From a virus (Duplodnaviria > Caudoviricetes), in IMG/VR virus record IMGVR_UViG_2854869019_000002, positions 2,707 to 66,706 of that record: a DNA stretch of 64,000 bases, one strand, 5' to 3'. Positions within the stretch are counted from its first letter, which is position 1. Every line of letters begins with the position of its first letter. A program made the translations under genes and the position numbers. Under the pieces are notes generated by a model. That model was not told where the DNA came from. It did no database searches and saw only the letters and a list, made by a program, of their open reading frames with translations. Below, piece after piece: positions 18,220-26,811 of this stretch.

Positions 18220-20403
18220 ATGCAGAATATTTCCAGTCGGCAGTTCTCAGAAGACCCAATGCTCGACGTCGCGTTGTCCTATCAGGCACGCAACTGGCCG
18301 GTCTTTCCGTGCCGTTACCGCGATGAAGAAATCATTGACCAGCACACCGGCGAAATCGAAATCCTCGCTACTAAAACGCCGCTGACCAGCAACGGGTTCC
18401 GTGGCGCGACGCTGAATGAGCGCATCGTCCGTGAATACTGGCGCCGCAACCCTTCCGCAATGATTGGCGTGCCAACAGGTGCGCCTATAGGTGCATGGGT
18501 GTTGGACATTGATCCGAAACACGGCGGCGACGAAACGCTTGCCTTCCTTGAGCAGCAATACGACTCGCTCCCAACAACGCTAACAGCAGAAACGACGAGC
18601 GGCGGCCGTCACTATTTCTTTCGTCATCGTCAGGGCGTTCGCAATCGCGGCGCGCTTGGTTCCGGGGTCGATGTACGCGGTGACGGCGGTTATGTCATTG
18701 CGGCCGGGAGCGTGCCGGAAGTTGGCCTGCCTTATCGCTGGATATCGGAACAAGAGCCGGTCGACGCGCCAGACTGGTTGCTGGATCTCGTGCTGCCACG
18801 CTCGTACGAAAGCACATACACCGCAGCACCGTCTGTTAGCGGCACGATCAATGACTGCTATGTCGAGCGTGCAGTTCAGTCTGAGCTGGACGATCTTGCA
18901 CTTGAGCCGATGGGTAACCGCAACAATCGACTGAACGACGCCGCGTTTCGTTTGGGCACATTTGTCGGAGCTGGCGCTCTGGCTGAATCCGAAGCTCGTG
19001 CGCTGTTGCAGGACGTGGCCAGAGGCTGGGGCCGAGACTGGCCGCGCTGCGTTAAGACAATCGACAACGGCCTTGCTGCCGGCGCACGTAGTCCTCGAAC
19101 AGTGCCACAGAACGACAATGACAACACGCGACTGGTCGATATCAGCCGTATGATTGCCAATGGATTGGCTAAGGCAGAAGCGCGCTCCGAAAGCGAAGAA
19201 GTGCCCCAAGAGGCCGACCTCCATTCATCTATAATCAAACCAGTACAACTTATTGAAAAAGTGCGAGCAATCATTGCGACTCCGTTCGTCTGGAAAGACC
19301 CGTCTACGCTGCCAAGGCGCGAATTTGCGTTCGGTAAGCACTTCATTCGCAAGTACGTTTCAGTGACGGTCGCGCCAGGAGGTCTTGGTAAAACGGCCAA
19401 CAGCATCATCGAAGCACTGGCCATGGCATCAGGCAAAGCACTCAACGGCACAAAGCCGCCGAAGCGTCTGAAGGTGTGGCTGTTCAATGCCGAAGATCCG
19501 CGCGATGAGCTTGAGCGCCGCATCATGGCAGCGTGCATTCATTTCAATCTGAAGCCAGCTGACATTGATGGGCATCTGTTTCTCGACACCGGTCGCGAGC
19601 AGGAACTGGTCATTGCGATCGATGACAAGAAGGGCGTGCGTATTCAGGAGCCAGTCGTTGAAGCTGTTGTTGAAACGATCTCTGAGTTAGGCATAGACGT
19701 GATGATCGTGGATCCGTTCGTGTCGACGCACCAGGTCAATGAAAACGACAACGGCGCAATCGACAAGGTGGCCAAGCTCTGGGCTCAGGTAGCCGACCGT
19801 ACGAACTGCTCCATCGATATCGTGCATCATCTGCGCAAGGTAAGCGACCGCGAAGCAACCGTCGAAGACGCACGCGGTGCTGTGTCGCTGATAGGTGCGG
19901 CGCGTTCGGTGCGCGTGCTTAACCGCATGTCGGAAGCGCAGGCGAGTGAGGCCGGCCTGACACACGAAGCTCGGTTTGCGTATTTCTCTGTGACATACGG
20001 AAAAGCTAACCTCGCGCCTCTTTCGCATAAAGCTGACTGGCGAAAGCTTGAGAGTGTAGCGCTGGGGAACGGGCAGGGCCTTACCAAGCCTCAAGATCAT
20101 GCGCCAGTCGTAACGTCGTGGGCTTGGCCGACAAGTGAGGAAGTCGCCGAAACCCTGACTGATGACGAGCGCGAAGCAATCCGGGGCGTCGTGAATGGCG
20201 GTACATACAAGCCGGCACCACAGGCCAAGGACTGGGTAGGACGTGCCGTTGCTTATGCACTGCAGCTGGACGTTGATGAAGAAGCGGACAAGAAGCGCGT
20301 CAGCATGATCACCAAGGCGCTGTTTGCTGAGGGCTTTCTAATGAAAGTGGAAGATCGAGATCCCGTTCAGCGCAGGGCGATGACGTTCGTGAGAGCAATG
20401 TGA
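18220..20403 (+). CDS. Bifunctional primase-polymerase fused to RepA-like (AAA_25) helicase
   Basis: WPVFPC, VLDIDPKHGG, TTSGGRHYFF, DVRGDGGYV; APGGLGKT, IVDP, HHLRK, RGA. Confidence 0.92.
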   Translation: MQNISSRQFSEDPMLDVALSYQARNWPVFPCRYRDEEIIDQHTGEIEILATKTPLTSNGFRGATLNERIVREYWRRNPSAMIGVPTGAPIGAWVLDIDPKHGGDETLAFLEQQYDSLPTTLTAETTSGGRHYFFRHRQGVRNRGALGSGVDVRGDGGYVIAAGSVPEVGLPYRWISEQEPVDAPDWLLDLVLPRSYESTYTAAPSVSGTINDCYVERAVQSELDDLALEPMGNRNNRLNDAAFRLGTFVGAGALAESEARALLQDVARGWGRDWPRCVKTIDNGLAAGARSPRTVPQNDNDNTRLVDISRMIANGLAKAEARSESEEVPQEADLHSSIIKPVQLIEKVRAIIATPFVWKDPSTLPRREFAFGKHFIRKYVSVTVAPGGLGKTANSIIEALAMASGKALNGTKPPKRLKVWLFNAEDPRDELERRIMAACIHFNLKPADIDGHLFLDTGREQELVIAIDDKKGVRIQEPVVEAVVETISELGIDVMIVDPFVSTHQVNENDNGAIDKVAKLWAQVADRTNCSIDIVHHLRKVSDREATVEDARGAVSLIGAARSVRVLNRMSEAQASEAGLTHEARFAYFSVTYGKANLAPLSHKADWRKLESVALGNGQGLTKPQDHAPVVTSWAWPTSEEVAETLTDDEREAIRGVVNGGTYKPAPQAKDWVGRAVAYALQLDVDEEADKKRVSMITKALFAEGFLMKVEDRDPVQRRAMTFVRAM

Positions 20404-20423
20404 TTAGCAGAGTACTATGCAAT

Positions 20424-20439
20424 TTAGTTGTTTATTAAC
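20424..20439 (+). promoter_or_regulatory. Near-consensus CtrA box upstream of omp25-like gene
   Basis: TTAG-N7-TTAAC versus consensus TTAA-N7-TTAAC. Confidence 0.45.
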
Positions 20440-20573
20440 TGTATACTAGTGGACATTTCTATCGAGTTTCAATGTGCATCGGTGTTGCCATAATACTACA
20501 GACTTTTTGCATTGTTGATATATCTTTAGGCTCAGAAAATATTTTAGCGCTCCGCTGGAGATGGGAGAATAAA

Positions 20574-21267
20574 ATGAACATCAAGTCAATCTTGCTAGCC
20601 ACTACTTTCGTATTCACTGGATTTGCTGTAGCCAATGCTGCAGATGCAATTCAATACGAAGAACCAGCTCCAGTTGTTATGGCTCCGACCTTCACCTGGA
20701 ACGGCGCTTACCTCGGTGGCCAGATTGGTTACGGCTGGGGCAAGTCGCGTTCGCCTCGACGGTGGCGTCAACGTCAAGCCAGATGGCTTCCTCGGCGGTC
20801 TTTATGCAGGTTACAACTTCGATCTCGGCAACAGCGTTGTTCTGGGTATTGACGGTGACGTAACCTACAACAACCTCAAGGACAGCTACTCTGAAACTTT
20901 CCTTGACGGAACAGACAGCGTTGAAAGCAAGCTGCGTTGGTCGGGTGCCGTTCGTGCCCGTGCAGGTTACGCAGTTGATCGCTTCCTTCCATACATCGCT
21001 GGTGGTGTTGCTTTCGGAAGCGTAAAGAACACATTGTCGTCGACTGGTGCTGATGGTTCGTTCGAAGCCTCGCAGAGCAAGACCCTCACCGGCTGGACCG
21101 CTGGCGCAGGTATTGACTACGCAGCAACTGACAACGTCATCGTTCGCCTTGAATACCGTTATACCGATTACGGCAACAAGGATTACGACTTTGGCTTTGG
21201 CGACGGCTCGGTTCGCAACAAGTTCAAGACTAACGAAGTTCGTCTCGGCGTCGCATACAAGTTCTGA
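20574..21267 (+). pseudogene. Omp25/Omp31/RopB-family outer membrane protein, frameshifted near 20745-20760
   Basis: Signal peptide + ANAAD + FTWNGAYLGGQIGYGWG in one frame; GFLGG..AGYNF...RLEYRYTD...GVAYKF in another. Confidence 0.85.
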
Positions 21268-21293
21268 TTTTTCAGGACCTCACGCACAACTTT

Positions 21294-21324
21294 ACCGCTC
21301 AGAGAAATCTGGGCGGTTTTTTTT
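21294..21324 (+). terminator. Intrinsic terminator
   Basis: ACCGCTCAGA gaaa TCTGGGCGGT + T-run. Confidence 0.8.
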
Positions 21325-21472
21325 GTTTAAAAATAGGCTCAGAAGTCGGAAATATTTCGTCTGCGCCTGACTGCCGTATCTATCATTCCCTACGCACGTC
21401 TCTATATTATTCGTCGTATTAGCAGCAAATCATCTCCCTCCAATGCTGGCTAGTTTATGGTTAGGTGGTGAT

Positions 21473-22546
21473 ATGGAAGACAAGTTCTTCTTTCTGCACG
21501 CGACTGGTCAGTCAGTTGAAGAAATTCGATCAGTTGATTGGGCCAATAATGAGTTGGGTAATTCTGAAAGCTGGCCGTTGGCGCTTAAAATAGCTTTGCA
21601 GATGATGCTTGCATCGCATTTTCCTAAAGCGATCTGCTGGGGCTCCGAATATATTACTTTTTTCAATGATGCATTTCGCCCAATCTTAGGCAATAAGTCT
21701 GATTGTATGGGTAAGCCATTCAGCGATATTTGGGCTGAGGCATGGTCGGAAATCGCTCCAATCGCTCAAAAAGCATTTAAGGGTGAAGCGACATTCATTG
21801 AAGATTACCCGTTAGTAATCGATCGTTACGGCTATCCTGAACAATGCTATTTCACTTTCTGCTACAGCCCCATCAGAAATGATGATGGCTCTGTCGGAGG
21901 TTTCATTGATACCGTCGTAGAGAGCACAGGCAAAGTTGAAGCTGAAAAGAACGCTGAAGTCTTCAATGCCGAACTCGCGCATAGAATAAAGAATAATTTC
22001 AGCATAATAAACGCGATTGCCAGTCAGACATTTGCGGAATCAGACTACGAAAACCTGCGAGCATTTTCTGAACGTCTGCGAGCCCTAAGCAGCGCTCACG
22101 ATGTACTGCGGCTTGGCAAAGGTTCCAACGGTTCCATTAATCAGATCATGCAAGGCGTGTTAGCCGCCCTCGCTGTTGATCAACGCATAGCGATTGCGGG
22201 ACCAGATATACTGATAGGTCCCAAAGGCGGAACTGCAGTATCGCTTCTGATCCATGAACTTGCAACAAACGCGATCAAATACGGTGCACTCTCCAATGAC
22301 GTTGGTCGAGTGAACGTTGTTTTGCAAACCTCGATTGTGGATGGCTCCGAAATACTGACGATTCGTTGGGAAGAAGTTGACGGTCCCGAGGTAGCTCAAC
22401 CTGAGCGAGCTGGCTTCGGATCAAAGTTAATTCGTATGGGCTTGTTGGGGTCTGGTGGCGTCAAGACTGACTACTTGCCAAATGGGCTTAAAGCAGAAAT
22501 ATCGGCGCCTCTGCATTCTTTGATCGAAGACAAGCGGCATCTCTGA
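21473..22546 (+). CDS. PAS-domain HWE-family histidine kinase
   Basis: ELAHRIKN H-box, HELATNAIKYGALS, RWEE, GFGSKLI; N-terminal PAS. Confidence 0.92.
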   Translation: MEDKFFFLHATGQSVEEIRSVDWANNELGNSESWPLALKIALQMMLASHFPKAICWGSEYITFFNDAFRPILGNKSDCMGKPFSDIWAEAWSEIAPIAQKAFKGEATFIEDYPLVIDRYGYPEQCYFTFCYSPIRNDDGSVGGFIDTVVESTGKVEAEKNAEVFNAELAHRIKNNFSIINAIASQTFAESDYENLRAFSERLRALSSAHDVLRLGKGSNGSINQIMQGVLAALAVDQRIAIAGPDILIGPKGGTAVSLLIHELATNAIKYGALSNDVGRVNVVLQTSIVDGSEILTIRWEEVDGPEVAQPERAGFGSKLIRMGLLGSGGVKTDYLPNGLKAEISAPLHSLIEDKRHL

Positions 22547-22606
22547 GCTATTTACCACAAGCGATATACAGCCCACTGTCACAATCAAAATACAATCATA
22601 GGTAAC

Positions 22607-22747
22607 GCGTAAGTCATACTGCGTAAGTCTCAAAAAACCTGAAAAGACTTGCGCAAAAGCACGCTGCTTTTAGTGCGTAAGAGTTCTTATATAGAAACTT
22701 ACGCACAAAGCGCGCAGCGCGTAGTTCTATCCGTTTGAGAACTACGC
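22607..22747. repeat. Cluster of GCGTAAG/GCGTAG inverted repeats; candidate phage replication origin
   Basis: Inverted pairs at 22620-22655, 22673-22706, 22719-22747, followed by AT-rich DNA. Confidence 0.6.
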
Positions 22748-22911
22748 ACTTTTTAGAAAATTTCCTGATTGAAAAATACAACCTGATTTGAGGTTGGTTG
22801 AAATTATACCGGTTGACGCTTGACCGACGTGTCACTCCCACCATGATGTGAATTGTTCCGCTACCAACGGAAGCCCACCAAGCTGACACACCATGAACAC
22901 GAGGAGAGACA

Positions 22912-23496
22912 ATGACACGAAGACGTGCGCTGAACGGCGCGTCATCCGGCAAGCCAAAAACCACAACGCAAATTGTCCGGATCAATGGCGTCCGAACAAT
23001 CATCACGACACGCAACGGCAAGGTCACAACAAAAGCAGCCCTGCCTTTAGAATGGGAACTGCAAGCTGCACAAGTTCGCAGCCTGCGCAGATTGCCAGAG
23101 TACGTCCACACAGCGCGAGACGTTCGACCGGGAACATTCACACTAGCTGGAGATCAAAACGCAGCCAAGCGCGGCCCCAAGGCAAGAGCCGAGGCATTAG
23201 CGGCAGGTCTTACACCAGGCGAGGCCGACGTGAGGATTTACATCTACGGCGGTGTGCTGCGCCAGATTGAGAACAAGGTCGGCAAAGCCAAGCTTGAACC
23301 AAGCCAGATAACCCGCCATCCGTTGCTCGATGCTCTTGGCTTTCCAGTCGTGGTGGTCAGGGCAGTTACCGAGGATGATGCAGCAGCGCAGGCAGTGAGG
23401 CTGGTTAAAGGCTGGCTGCTGGAGGCTGCTGTGCCGGAAGCGGCGAATGAAAACCAACCAACACCACATGGGGAGAACATTAATGACGCAGATTAA
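22912..23496 (+). CDS. VRR-NUC-like nuclease
   Basis: EWELQ, GLTPGEAD, IENK, LEPSQ..H..L..LGF.V.VVR. Confidence 0.8.
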   Translation: MTRRRALNGASSGKPKTTTQIVRINGVRTIITTRNGKVTTKAALPLEWELQAAQVRSLRRLPEYVHTARDVRPGTFTLAGDQNAAKRGPKARAEALAAGLTPGEADVRIYIYGGVLRQIENKVGKAKLEPSQITRHPLLDALGFPVVVVRAVTEDDAAAQAVRLVKGWLLEAAVPEAANENQPTPHGENINDAD

Positions 23497-24265
23497 ACCA
23501 ACGATCGCGACGACAGCCATTCACGGTTGGCACATCCCTGAACGTACCCCAGACGAAAGGCAAGCCGCCAGAGAACGTATACGGCTTGAACGCGCCCGTG
23601 AGGTCAAGGCGCTAACAAAAATGCGCCGACGCATTGAAAAGCGCCAGTCTATCGGCGACGATTGGGATGGTCGCGCTGCGAATGACAACATCGCGTGGCC
23701 TCTGGCTACCGCGCTAATTAAGGAAGGCAACACTGACCTTCTGAAATACGCAATGATGTATCGTCGCATTCACACGGCAGCTAAAAGCAATGCGGTCCTT
23801 GGCGGGTCTTCAGTCATGCTAGGGGATGGGATGGCGATCGATCGGCATATTCATGTCCGACCGAATGGCAGCGTCGCTTACAAGCATGTCAGGCAATCTA
23901 CTGCCGCCAGCGTGGATATTCCATCTCGCAAGAAAAGTATCACCGACTCCGAAACGCAGCTTTCATCTGATAAATCCGAAAGCGGATACACCAGTGTACC
24001 GAAGCCGTGGAGGGGCGATGTGCCTGTCAATGAAATGATTGACGCGCAACATAAGCTTGGTCGGCTGCAATCCGCATTGGGCCATCTGTGTGAGCCGTTC
24101 GAACTAGCCTGCATCGACGGGAAGACATTAGCGGAGGTTGGAACAACAGTCGGAATTGCCAATCGAAGCGGAGCGCAAGGTGCAGGACGTGCGCTGGTCC
24201 ATACGGCATTAATAACGCTGCGAGATATTCTAGGAAATTTGCAGCGACAAGACATAGCCGCCTGA
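23483..24265 (+). CDS. Putative late transcription regulator (Q-like position, C-terminal HTH)
   Basis: Last early gene before the late region; ACIDGKTLAEVG helix motif. Confidence 0.6.
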   Translation: MTQIKPTIATTAIHGWHIPERTPDERQAARERIRLERAREVKALTKMRRRIEKRQSIGDDWDGRAANDNIAWPLATALIKEGNTDLLKYAMMYRRIHTAAKSNAVLGGSSVMLGDGMAIDRHIHVRPNGSVAYKHVRQSTAASVDIPSRKKSITDSETQLSSDKSESGYTSVPKPWRGDVPVNEMIDAQHKLGRLQSALGHLCEPFELACIDGKTLAEVGTTVGIANRSGAQGAGRALVHTALITLRDILGNLQRQDIAA

Positions 24266-24319
24266 CGCATGCGCTGATCCGCTCAAAGCTTGGTAATAGT
24301 GGGAAGACAATCTTCCACA

Positions 24320-24540
24320 CTATTCCAAGTTCTGTGCGCACAGGCTGATGCCAGCGACAGACGCTCGGTCAGAGATGAACCGGGCGTAACTATCCAACGA
24401 CAAGCCATCATCGTTCAGCATGCTTTGTGTGATCAACGACGCTTGTCTACAAATCCCCGGCGCCGTTTCTCCTCCGGCAGACGGGATACGGCGGGTTGAG
24501 TAATATATTGGTGCTGAACCAAGTTGCTCCCCGCCGATCA
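24320..24540 (+). ncRNA. Candidate structured late-leader/small RNA
   Basis: Consecutive hairpins, one with loop TTTCTCCTC (24466-24474); no credible ORF. Confidence 0.35.
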
Positions 24541-24543
24541 ATT

Positions 24544-25008
24544 CTACATGCCGGTTTTCCGGTTGTCTCCCATGTCAGGCTTATTGCCAGTAACGGATGC
24601 ATAAAGCATCTTGGCCGTTGCGGCGATCGTGCCGGGACCGTCCCAGAATTCAGCGTGATTTGGTGAAACTGTAATCAAGCGAATATCCGGGTCGTCTTCA
24701 GAATCCCAAAATGCTTTGGCGAAAGGCGTCCACAGCTCTTTGATTTTAGCTCGGTCGTTAGACACTTGCGCATTGCCCGCAACGAAAAGGTAATCATTGG
24801 CGGATTCGTTGGAGAACGTCAGCTGGACAACCGACTGTCCTTGGATATCAGTTACCTTCTCGCTGTCTACGTCTGCGAGGAAATAGATAGCGCCTTCGTC
24901 CTTACGAACGATAGGCGACATTGGCACCTGATTTCCATTCCATCCATAAAAGCAAACGCGGGAATCTTCTGCGATTTCCCAGGCTCGTTGCGGGTCTGAA
25001 TCGGTCAT
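24544..25008 (-). CDS. General stress protein 26 / pyridoxamine-5'-phosphate oxidase-like protein
   Basis: PMSP, IYFL, DRAKIKELW, DPDIRLI.V.P..AEFWD. Confidence 0.88.
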   Translation of the reverse strand: MTDSDPQRAWEIAEDSRVCFYGWNGNQVPMSPIVRKDEGAIYFLADVDSEKVTDIQGQSVVQLTFSNESANDYLFVAGNAQVSNDRAKIKELWTPFAKAFWDSEDDPDIRLITVSPNHAEFWDGPGTIAATAKMLYASVTGNKPDMGDNRKTGM

Positions 25009-25074
25009 GTTTGTTTCTCCTTGTTCAGGATGTGCAAAGGGAGTTCTGAGACGTATGTGTGCAATCAATGCACG

Positions 25075-25368
25075 TTAACGACGACAACGGCCCAGGATCA
25101 TGCCAGCAAGAACGCCGAAAATACCCACGGCTGCCAATGTAGCCGTTGCAGTGCCGGGATTTTCGCGGGCAGCCTGAAGAACGCGTTCACCTTGATGTCG
25201 AGCGTTGGAAGCCACATCCTCAATTACGGAAGATGCCGAAGAAAGTGCATTGTCAGCCTTGTCTGTGGCGGTACCCAGACGGTCGGCTAGTTGTGATGAA
25301 AGACTGCTCAGTTGGCTACGAAGTTCGCTGATCTGATTGGCGACGGTGTTTTCTGGTTCGTTGGCCAT
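25075..25368 (-). CDS. DUF883/ElaB-like tail-anchored stress protein
   Basis: Helical body + RENP + C-terminal TM + RR. Confidence 0.7.
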   Translation of the reverse strand: MANEPENTVANQISELRSQLSSLSSQLADRLGTATDKADNALSSASSVIEDVASNARHQGERVLQAARENPGTATATLAAVGIFGVLAGMILGRCRR

Positions 25369-25424
25369 TGAGGATATTCCTTCTGAAATGATTGGTCAGC
25401 AGCGACGGCCGCTTGCTCATTAGG

Positions 25425-25449
25425 AACGTGTACGAATACATTTGGTTTC
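25425..25449 (-). promoter_or_regulatory. EcfG-type promoter
   Basis: GAAAC-N16-CGTT. Confidence 0.6.
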
Positions 25450-25470
25450 AAAGTTTTCGAAAAGATTAGT

Positions 25471-25547
<77 letters not shown>

Positions 25548-25566
25548 GTTTCATGAAGAACAATCA

Positions 25567-25643
25567 TGCGGAGTGGAGAAGTGGTCATCTCGTCTGGCTC
25601 ATAACCAGAAGATCGTCGGTTCGAATCCGACCTGCCGCAACCA
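25567..25643 (+). tRNA. tRNA-Met(CAT), initiator-like, with one bulged base in the acceptor stem
   Basis: TGCGGAG...TCTGG CTCATAA CCAGA...GTTCGAATC...CTGCCGCA ACCA. Confidence 0.8.
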
Positions 25644-25683
25644 AATTAAAAAGAATGGCGGACCTTGACCCGCCAGTCATTTG

Positions 25684-25929
25684 TCATCGACAACGAGCAG
25701 TATATATCTGCCCCCTACTATTGCGATACTGACATTTGCCATTACGAAGATTGCGCACCAGCAACCCACCTACGGCACCAGCGCCTGCACCGATAAGTGC
25801 ACCTTTACCACCGCCAGCAATACCGCCGATGGCAGCGCCAGCGACAGTTCCGATGCTGAGGTCTTTTTCAGTTGACGTACAGCCAGAGATCGCCAGCAAG
25901 GCAATCAAGCAAAATCCAATCTTACGCAT
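25684..25929 (-). CDS. Glycine-zipper lipoprotein
   Basis: Lipobox ISGC; GAAIGG..GALIGAGAGAVGG. Confidence 0.85.
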   Translation of the reverse strand: MRKIGFCLIALLAISGCTSTEKDLSIGTVAGAAIGGIAGGGKGALIGAGAGAVGGLLVRNLRNGKCQYRNSRGQIYTARCR

Positions 25930-25986
25930 GTCCCGTCCCTTTTTCACCGATCAAGAATGATGATCTAGTTAAGGAGGGAATGGTAA

Positions 25987-26316
25987 GTGTCAATAAAATA
26001 CGCGCCAAGACATGCTGCTAATTCACGTGATGGCATAAGCCGCCCTTGGCTCCGCCTCTACAAGACTGCCCGCTGGAAGCGAATGCGCGAGCGACAAATG
26101 ACCGAGCAACCGCTTTGTATATTCTGCCTGCAGGTTGGTGACGTCGAGCCAGCGACGGTTTGCGATCATGTCATCCCACATAAGGGCGACGAGTTTCTAT
26201 TCTGGAATGCTGACAACCTGCAATCGCTTTGTAAATCATGCCATGACCGCACCAAGCAGCGCATGGAGCGAGGTCAGGACATCGTGACCTTCGGGGCCGA
26301 CGGGTGGCCGGTTTGA
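25987..26316 (+). CDS. HNH endonuclease (terminase-associated)
   Basis: PLC..C, DHVIPHKG, NLQSLCKSCH; start uncertain. Confidence 0.9.
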   Translation: MSIKYAPRHAANSRDGISRPWLRLYKTARWKRMRERQMTEQPLCIFCLQVGDVEPATVCDHVIPHKGDEFLFWNADNLQSLCKSCHDRTKQRMERGQDIVTFGADGWPV

Positions 26317-26424
26317 CCCCCGGGGCATCAAAAAGTCGACGAAGGTCGAAAACGCCGGAACGGCGAGGGTCCATCGCGCACGCATCCACAATTCAAAATA
26401 TGACCCCTTCAAAGGATTTATGCC
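26317..26424. other. Probable cos packaging region
   Basis: Position between HNH and terS as in HK97-like phages; CCCCGGGG palindrome. Confidence 0.45.
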
Positions 26425-26811
26425 ATGGCGAGGCCCAGAACGCCTCGCGCCAAGGCGGCTGTCGAGGCGAGTGATAAGAAAAACCCGCAGCGCTTCAAAA
26501 ACCGTACTGACGCCAAGGCCGACGACCCGCTCGGCAATCCTCCCGCATGGTTGAAGGATACCCCGGAGCTTAAAGCCAAGGCTGCTTGGAAGCTGTTTGA
26601 AAAAGAGCTGCCGTGGCTGAATCAGTCACACCGCACGCTGGTCGGTATGGCAGCAAATATTCAGGGTCGCATCATGGCTGGCCAGGAAGTTGGCGTGCAG
26701 GCAATGAACCTGTTGCGGCAGATGCTTGGCCAGATGGGCGCAACGCCTGCCGACGCATCGAAAGTTGCGACCGCCGACGACAGCGACGAGAAGGATGATT
26801 TGCTTGACTGA
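26425..26811 (+). CDS. Terminase small subunit (P27-like)
   Basis: MARPRTP, PPAWL, MGATPADASKV; upstream of terL. Confidence 0.8.
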   Translation: MARPRTPRAKAAVEASDKKNPQRFKNRTDAKADDPLGNPPAWLKDTPELKAKAAWKLFEKELPWLNQSHRTLVGMAANIQGRIMAGQEVGVQAMNLLRQMLGQMGATPADASKVATADDSDEKDDLLD

